From Pseudomonadota bacterium (lineage in GTDB: Bacteria > Bdellovibrionota_B > Oligoflexia > Silvanigrellales > Silvanigrellaceae): a stretch of DNA of 64,000 bases. Numbering within the stretch: the first letter of the stretch is position 1; each line of letters opens with the position of its first letter. Below are positions 58,209-64,000 of the stretch, piece after piece. The stretch covers positions 76,802 through 140,801 of the forward strand of contig JBDLRP010000034.1 of NCBI GenBank assembly GCA_039799905.1. Direction: 5' to 3'. The notes beneath the pieces are model-generated. The model made no database searches. It had not been told where the DNA came from and worked only from the letters and a program-made list of their open reading frames with translations. A program made the translations under genes and the position numbers.

Positions 58209-58294
58209 ATTAAACTTAAATAGGTTTGTCGATTTGGCTTTAAGATGTACTATAGTTCTATATAATACATTTTTTAGCATGTCTGTGATTTTGA

Positions 58295-59218
58295 ATGATT
58301 AAAAATAGCCTTTTATTGTTGACAAAAGCTAACCAACTCGGCGAATCGGTCAAGTCTTCATTTCTCGATGAAGGGTTCATCATTCATGAATGCCAGAAGA
58401 CTGCGGATGTCAATTCGAAATTACTCGACGGACAGAGCAATCTGCTCGTCCACGTTCTTCAAGATTTCGAACGCGATGACGTGGGTTCTTTTCATCATCG
58501 GCTCGTCAGAACCCCCGCAGGTGCCGCGCTGCATAGGATTATCGTCTATCGGGGCGACAACCAGCGTGCGATTTCTTTCGCGGCAGATTGCGGCATGCGC
58601 CGTTCCATTCAGGGAGATCTCTCTTCGCAGTCAATTGCCGGATTGGTAAAGCTTGCAATGAACGCGTTTGAGCAGTTCGACCAAGACGTTCAAAAAGCAC
58701 TTGCTCTGACGGCATCGGGAGATTGTCTGTTCAACGCAGATGAGTCGGCTTTTGTGGAGTCCATTTGCCGGCAATACGAAAATGTCCCGCAACTCCGTTT
58801 GTCGATGGCAAAGATACAGTTATCTTGTGGCAATATGAATAAAGCTTTTGAAATTGCCAAGCGGGCTCTCAATGAGGAACCGACGAATGCACGTGCGATG
58901 GGATACTTGGGTGAAATTCTTATGCTGTCGGGTCAGCTCAGCGAGGCGGTAAAAGTTCTCTCTGCTGCCGAGAAAGTAGCAGCCGGCAATCCAGTACGCA
59001 TCGCTCTTCTTGGCCGGTTGCTTGCCGAAAGTGGCGACCGTGACAGCGCCCTGAAGCTGCTAAACTGTGCGGTTGGAATTATTCCGATACCAAGAATTTT
59101 GTCGACTGTTTTTGAAAAGTTCAAATTAACAGACGATGAACGCCGAACCATGATGGCATCTGCAGTGTCATCCGGTTGTGGAGAAGACCTACTTTCACAA
59201 GTGAGACAAATTGTCTGA
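58295..59218 (+). CDS. TPR-repeat protein with degenerate receiver-like N-terminal domain
   Basis: Alternating beta/alpha N-terminus without canonical receiver motifs; TPR-like AKRALNEEPTNARAMGYLGEILMLSGQLSEAVKVL. Confidence 0.65.
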   Translation: MIKNSLLLLTKANQLGESVKSSFLDEGFIIHECQKTADVNSKLLDGQSNLLVHVLQDFERDDVGSFHHRLVRTPAGAALHRIIVYRGDNQRAISFAADCGMRRSIQGDLSSQSIAGLVKLAMNAFEQFDQDVQKALALTASGDCLFNADESAFVESICRQYENVPQLRLSMAKIQLSCGNMNKAFEIAKRALNEEPTNARAMGYLGEILMLSGQLSEAVKVLSAAEKVAAGNPVRIALLGRLLAESGDRDSALKLLNCAVGIIPIPRILSTVFEKFKLTDDERRTMMASAVSSGCGEDLLSQVRQIV

Positions 59219-59311
59219 TGGGCAATCGTTTGCCCAGCGGGTGTCGTCCGTTTTCTGACTTCTCTCGAGAATAACTGAGTTTGTCCGATATTCCCCTCAG
59301 AGGGGGAGCGT

Positions 59312-60160
59312 GTGACAGCAGTATCCGCTCGGCGGGTGAGGAGCTTTGCCAATGTGGCAGTCTGTTCGGTGGCGTTGCTGCTGAGCAGTTTTTCCATCGT
59401 GGCTTTTGCTCGCGCCAAATCGGCGGGTAATTTTGGTGGATCGCGCGGACTCACATTCTACACTGCGCCTGAATTGTCTCTTTTTAACGAAAGGTTGGGC
59501 AACAGCCCACGCCTGACTGCCGACAAAGAATTTGGGCGAGCCCTCACTCATGCCGTTAATTTCGATTTTCTTGACTTAAAAGAGACCGCCGGTTGGGGAA
59601 TTGAAGCTCAACATTGGGCAGAAACCTTGCGTGGCACGGCAACTAACGGTGACGGCGATCCGCGCAGTGAGGCAACGTTGGCATTCGTTCGTTTATGGCT
59701 GAGTGGAAGCGTCCGCTTGTGGCCATGGGTCGGACCAGTGATTGTAAAAAGAAATACCAATATTTTTGGCCACACCATCATAATGAACAAGGCCAAACCG
59801 CTCAAAACCGGATTTTTTTCCCATGCCTTCCTGAGCACAGGCCCTTTGCTCTGGCGGCATGATTATTACCTTTCCGATGCGGTCAACCAAACGGCAATCA
59901 ACTATGCGACTCGAACAATCTCTTGGGAAGGCGGCGTGCGATGGACGTTGGGCTATCGTTTGGGCCGCTTTTGCGACGTCGGATTCGAACTGGCTGCAAG
60001 CCGGTCGCGGGCATTGAAAGGCGAAAGCGTTGTGGGGCAATATTTCCTTTCTGGCCGAGATAACAACGACCGCACCGATGATTTGCAGGTCGACAAGCTT
60101 TCGAAGGCTGCGTGGTCCAGTAGTCAAGGCCTCATGTTTATTCGTTTTTTCTACCCATAA
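59312..60160 (+). CDS. Putative outer-membrane beta-barrel protein
   Basis: SD gggggag + GTG; signal peptide; amphipathic strands (WGIEAQHW, WEGGVRWTLGYRL, DVGFEL); ends MFIRFFYP. Confidence 0.65.
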   Translation: MTAVSARRVRSFANVAVCSVALLLSSFSIVAFARAKSAGNFGGSRGLTFYTAPELSLFNERLGNSPRLTADKEFGRALTHAVNFDFLDLKETAGWGIEAQHWAETLRGTATNGDGDPRSEATLAFVRLWLSGSVRLWPWVGPVIVKRNTNIFGHTIIMNKAKPLKTGFFSHAFLSTGPLLWRHDYYLSDAVNQTAINYATRTISWEGGVRWTLGYRLGRFCDVGFELAASRSRALKGESVVGQYFLSGRDNNDRTDDLQVDKLSKAAWSSSQGLMFIRFFYP

Positions 60161-60258
60161 CCGAATTCATTCCATTGACTGGACAGTTTTTCTCAAGAAC
60201 TTCCATGCTCCTCCGAACCATTAACTAGGCAAGGAAGCCAGAGAGGGGTGAGGATTAT

Positions 60259-61377
60259 ATGAAGCACAATCTTCGTAAGGCCAACATGGAGAAGCACAAA
60301 CTCGCGACGGGCGTGTCGCTCGCAACGCTGGTGCTTGCCGCTGCCTGCGGAACTCTCGAGGTCCGTGACCTAAAAGACACATTCGGCAGCAAGTCGAAAG
60401 GATCAGGCACCACAGACCAAGAATGGGCCACAATTCGGATCGGTCTCACCCCTTCACAACTGCTCACGTCGAAGCTTGTCGATTCTGAATTCGACGCAGA
60501 GCAGTTCTCGCTGTTTGCGTTTGATCTTGTCAATGCAGCCTCTTTTAAGTTTAAAGTCAGCGGTTGTGCATCAGGCTTTACTGTCGCATCTACGGCTGTG
60601 ACCGGATTTAGCACCAACGTGAAGTTGTACAAAACAGACAAAAATTGCGAAGTTGGACTGGTTGAATTCGGTTACGACAGCAAAATCTACACGCCAACGG
60701 CAGTAACGGAGCTAAAGGGGCCAGTTGGAACTTCTGCTATGTTCCAAGCGTCGGATGGCAGCGAGCTGAAAGTCAAAGTGTTCAAGCAACTTCTATCGAC
60801 AGGATTGCAGAGCGGTGAGGACGTTGCTTTTACATACCTGAAAGCCACGAAAGGTGCAGACTCTAACGTGGTTCAGTATACATCGGGTGCCACACTCAAC
60901 GTCAACGGTATCGAGGCTCCTGCATTTACGCTCAGTGCCGTAAATCTCACGGATGTTGCTGCCGCTGATGGTAAAGGGACCTTTCGATTTACGCTCCAAT
61001 GTGCACAGAACCTGGTTCAACCGAATGGTGGGACCGATTGGGCCTGTCCGCGAATCAACGGCGAGACCGATCCACAGTTGATTACTGATATGCATGTAAA
61101 ACTCATTGAAGATGTAGCCAACGAAAGCACGTACACCTACGACGAAATTGAAGGATTTATGAGTGGTGGAACAACTCCAGTCACTAATGCGATGAAGGTT
61201 GTTGGCAATTCGACAAACGTGCAAGTGTCTGGTCAAGTTGGCCCGGGCAAACTGGTCGAGAAAAAACAAATGCTCTTCATAGTCTCGTATACGGACCCGG
61301 TCACCGGCACTAATCCGACATCACGCGGCAAGAGTTACGTTTACTTCAACGTCGATATTGGCGATCCTGAGCCCTGA
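60259..61377 (+). CDS. Hypothetical beta-rich lipoprotein (4-Cys scaffold)
   Basis: Strong SD region gaggggtgagg; lipobox LAAAC; Thr/Gly/Val-rich; start could be the second Met. Confidence 0.8.
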   Translation: MKHNLRKANMEKHKLATGVSLATLVLAAACGTLEVRDLKDTFGSKSKGSGTTDQEWATIRIGLTPSQLLTSKLVDSEFDAEQFSLFAFDLVNAASFKFKVSGCASGFTVASTAVTGFSTNVKLYKTDKNCEVGLVEFGYDSKIYTPTAVTELKGPVGTSAMFQASDGSELKVKVFKQLLSTGLQSGEDVAFTYLKATKGADSNVVQYTSGATLNVNGIEAPAFTLSAVNLTDVAAADGKGTFRFTLQCAQNLVQPNGGTDWACPRINGETDPQLITDMHVKLIEDVANESTYTYDEIEGFMSGGTTPVTNAMKVVGNSTNVQVSGQVGPGKLVEKKQMLFIVSYTDPVTGTNPTSRGKSYVYFNVDIGDPEP

Positions 61378-61964
61378 TGTGGCGGATTGTACTCTTTATA
61401 ATTCCTGTCTCTCTCTCGATTTTGGGGTGCGGGTCGCGCTCAGCCTTGAAGCGCGGTCTGACGCCCGATGAGTCTTTCGCGCGTCTCAAACCTAGCGCGG
61501 GCTCCCCACTCCTTTGCAATACATTAAGTGGTTATGGATGCGGACGCCTGAGCCTATCGACCCCCAGTGGCGAGCAATCGATCACTCACGAAGACTTTCT
61601 TGTAAATTGCCAGACAACTGCGCTGGGATTGTCCGTCAGCGCTCGCGATCAGGCTGGCGTTGGGGCAGGGCTCTCGTTTGGATTCTCGGTGGCAGGACTG
61701 ACTGAGTTTTCTCAGCAACAGCTCGCATGTTCAGGCATTCAGCTGACGAATGACCCTGTGATTGCACAATGGAAAGCGAAAAGTTGTCAGGTGTACGTGC
61801 GCTATGGTGAAATTGAAAGCTGGACAATCGCCGACGAGCCGTGTTCTGTTACGCTTGAATCAGATGACGAGCGCTGGCGTGGCATCATCGATTGTCCGCG
61901 TTTGACCAACGGATCCCAAACTTGGAATTTTAACGATCCGGCGGTGTTCACATGTCCAAAATAA
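61377..61964 (+). CDS. Cys-rich hypothetical lipoprotein
   Basis: TGATG coupling; lipobox ILGC; 8 further Cys. Confidence 0.78.
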   Translation: MWRIVLFIIPVSLSILGCGSRSALKRGLTPDESFARLKPSAGSPLLCNTLSGYGCGRLSLSTPSGEQSITHEDFLVNCQTTALGLSVSARDQAGVGAGLSFGFSVAGLTEFSQQQLACSGIQLTNDPVIAQWKAKSCQVYVRYGEIESWTIADEPCSVTLESDDERWRGIIDCPRLTNGSQTWNFNDPAVFTCPK

Positions 61965-62905
61965 AGCTCCTTCATCTCCTTTGCGGTCATTTTTTGTTAC
62001 TTTTCTGCCTGCTCTTTTTGTTGGCCTGTGGACGCAAGGATACAGGCAATCAGGCAACGGAAGATGACAACGTTCACGTCAATTTCGTCGTGCGTGCTTC
62101 CACGATGTTGCTCGGTGTGACAGATGCGCAAATTTCGGAGATCACCATTCAAAGGCTGAACTGCCCCGTGGCCGGCGAACCCGTCGATTATCAGTTGAAG
62201 TTCATTCCCAGCGACAAAATGTTCGTGCTGAATGAGCAGCGTGCGGTCATTGAAGGGTGTGACCTGCGAGTCCGAAAAGTAACGGTAATCTGGAAGGAAC
62301 TTCAAGTCGAGTATTCGACTTTCAAGGAGCAGCAAACCTCGGCACAGACCTTCGAGACAGTATTGGCTAATCCTTCCAAAAACGCTTTTTTAAACGTCGT
62401 TATGCCTTACAAGCTGAGTGTTGCGGTTGAGCGAAATGTCTTCTGGTCGATGAATGTTTCGTACACAGATAGCAAAAGTATACTTTTTCCGATTGTGGCC
62501 GAAGCGCGCGAGGCAAGTGTCAAGCCCCTTGGGCTGAGTATTTCAAGTCTGGAAGATCGCGGTGTGGTGAACTCCATTTGGAGAGAATTCGGCGTGTCTC
62601 TTTCTTGTGGGGCGGTGCAATCACTCGGAACCTGTAATGCCTATGAGCTGATGGGACTCAGGGCCCGAATCGTAAAGCAAAGTGACGTGGATATTGGAGT
62701 CGCTGAGCAGATTCGCTTTCAGGGGTCGACTAACAATCTGCTGTTCACAGCTGGGCTGACTCACCTTCTCGGCTCAGGGCTGCGCTTCACAATTGCGATG
62801 CCGCTCGCTTATTTCGGAGAAAAACTCTACCTTATTTTGACACGTGGGCAAGGCTACACGGTCTTCGACCTGCGACCAGAGCTGATTCCGGCAGCACCTC
62901 AATAG
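61952..62905 (+). CDS. Hypothetical lipoprotein, probable distant paralogue of 60259-61377
   Basis: Lipobox LLAC; overlaps the upstream gene; same Cys spacing as the 60259 protein. Confidence 0.78.
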   Translation: MSKIKLLHLLCGHFLLLFCLLFLLACGRKDTGNQATEDDNVHVNFVVRASTMLLGVTDAQISEITIQRLNCPVAGEPVDYQLKFIPSDKMFVLNEQRAVIEGCDLRVRKVTVIWKELQVEYSTFKEQQTSAQTFETVLANPSKNAFLNVVMPYKLSVAVERNVFWSMNVSYTDSKSILFPIVAEAREASVKPLGLSISSLEDRGVVNSIWREFGVSLSCGAVQSLGTCNAYELMGLRARIVKQSDVDIGVAEQIRFQGSTNNLLFTAGLTHLLGSGLRFTIAMPLAYFGEKLYLILTRGQGYTVFDLRPELIPAAPQ

Positions 62906-62939
62906 AACTATACTATTTGGATAGGCTCTTCCTTAAGTT

Positions 62940-63542
62940 TTAGTCCCGTCTACTAATCAGTGACATGAACTCCGCGCGGGTCGCAGAGTTTTCACGGAAG
63001 ACGCCCTGCAAAGAGCTCGTGACCATCGAGGCACCTTGCTTCTTGACGCCGCGCACGCACATGCAGCTGTGCTGGCCTTCCACCACAACCGCAACACCGG
63101 CCGGATTGAGTTCTGCCTTGATTGCCTCGGCGATCTGCTGGGTCATGCGTTCCTGCACCTGCAGCCGCTTTGCGTAAACATCGACAATCCGAGCCAGCTT
63201 CGACAACCCGACAATACGGCCGTGTGCAGGCAGATAGGCCACATGTGCTTTGCCGCTGAAAGTCAGCAGGTGGTGTTCGCAGCAGGATGTAAATTCGATG
63301 TCCTTGAGAACGATCATTTCGTCGGAGTTGCCTTCGAAGGTGGTGGAGAGCACCTTCTCGGCGCTCATTCTGTAGCCTTCGGTCATTTCAACCCAAGCGC
63401 GGCACACGCGGTCGGGTGTTTCCAGCAGGCCCTCGCGGTCGGGATCTTCGCCCATGTATCGCAGAAGGGTCCGCACGGCTTCACGGGCTTGTTCAGCATC
63501 GATGCCGTTGTTGTCGGTAGCGCGGGTAAAATGCGGACTCAT
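62940..63542 (-). CDS. folE: GTP cyclohydrolase I
   Basis: [48 protein letters not shown]. Confidence 0.98.
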   Translation of the reverse strand: MSPHFTRATDNNGIDAEQAREAVRTLLRYMGEDPDREGLLETPDRVCRAWVEMTEGYRMSAEKVLSTTFEGNSDEMIVLKDIEFTSCCEHHLLTFSGKAHVAYLPAHGRIVGLSKLARIVDVYAKRLQVQERMTQQIAEAIKAELNPAGVAVVVEGQHSCMCVRGVKKQGASMVTSSLQGVFRENSATRAEFMSLISRRD

Positions 63543-63635
63543 GGTTTGTTCTCCTCAACACCAGCAGACCGGAAAATCTCCGGCACAAAAACAGCAGTTA
63601 CGTGTGCATTACCCCAAGCCGCGTGCGGAGGGAAA

Positions 63636-63944
63636 TCAAAGCAGATCTTTCAGCGGAATTTTTGCGTCCTGCGGATTTTTCTCAAGATACAGAATCACTG
63701 TGCGGCCAATGCGCCCCACAACGAAAGTGTGTTCGGGGAGTTGTTCTTCCAGTTCTTCAAGCGCGTCCTGCTTTTCGGTTGCATCGCTCTGGCCGGGGAG
63801 CTGCAGTTTGATGAGCTCGTGTGTCTGTAAAACGCTCTGCAGTTCAGCGAAAACTGCTTCGCTCAGACCATTCTGGCCGACTTGAATCAAAGGTTTCAGG
63901 TGATGCGCACGGGCCTTGAGCGCAGCGCGTTGTTGGCTGTTCAA
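63636..63944 (-). CDS. yhbY: YhbY/CRM-domain RNA-binding protein
   Basis: QRAALKARAHHLKPLIQVGQNGL, HELIKL, RIGRTVILY; the frame stays open to the right edge, so the true start may lie at or beyond 64000. Confidence 0.92.
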   Translation of the reverse strand: MNSQQRAALKARAHHLKPLIQVGQNGLSEAVFAELQSVLQTHELIKLQLPGQSDATEKQDALEELEEQLPEHTFVVGRIGRTVILYLEKNPQDAKIPLKDLL

Positions 63945-64000
63945 TGCGGTTGCGAAGGTGTGGTTCTTTTGTGCTTTTGATGGACGGGGAGCTTCTTTCA

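Noticed and set aside
1..64000. Mobile elements, prophage or defence systems
   Set aside because: No integrase, transposase, reverse transcriptase, nuclease/methylase or structural phage motifs recognised in any ORF.

Overview
Gene-dense bacterial chromosomal window (about 50 CDS; no rRNA, tRNA, CRISPR array, transposase, integrase or phage genes recognised). Gene content shows a diderm with LPS (hldD, lnt, predicted outer-membrane barrels). About 11 predicted lipoproteins, mostly orphans, plus a degenerate receiver-TPR protein, suggest Bdellovibrionota/Oligoflexia; this taxonomic call is inference only. Housekeeping genes: efp-accB-accC, potABCD, acpS, hemH, hemY, clpP, ftsY, trmFO, lnt, folE, yhbY, ribB-like, ybbAP/tesA. 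Most notable accessory features: (i) a stand-alone DTE-motif xanthorhodopsin-like proton pump with the fenestration glycine, no retinal genes nearby and a hairpin-rich upstream region; (ii) an outer-membrane-barrel plus three-lipoprotein cluster in which two lipoproteins appear to be cryptic paralogues with the same 4-Cys scaffold; (iii) a LolE/MacB-type permease missing from the ORF track, next to a barrel/ATPase/LolA-like operon; (iv) a degenerate PP2C-like protein right after potD; (v) a ferrochelatase with a Cys-rich tail. All product calls rest on motifs read by eye; no searches were run.
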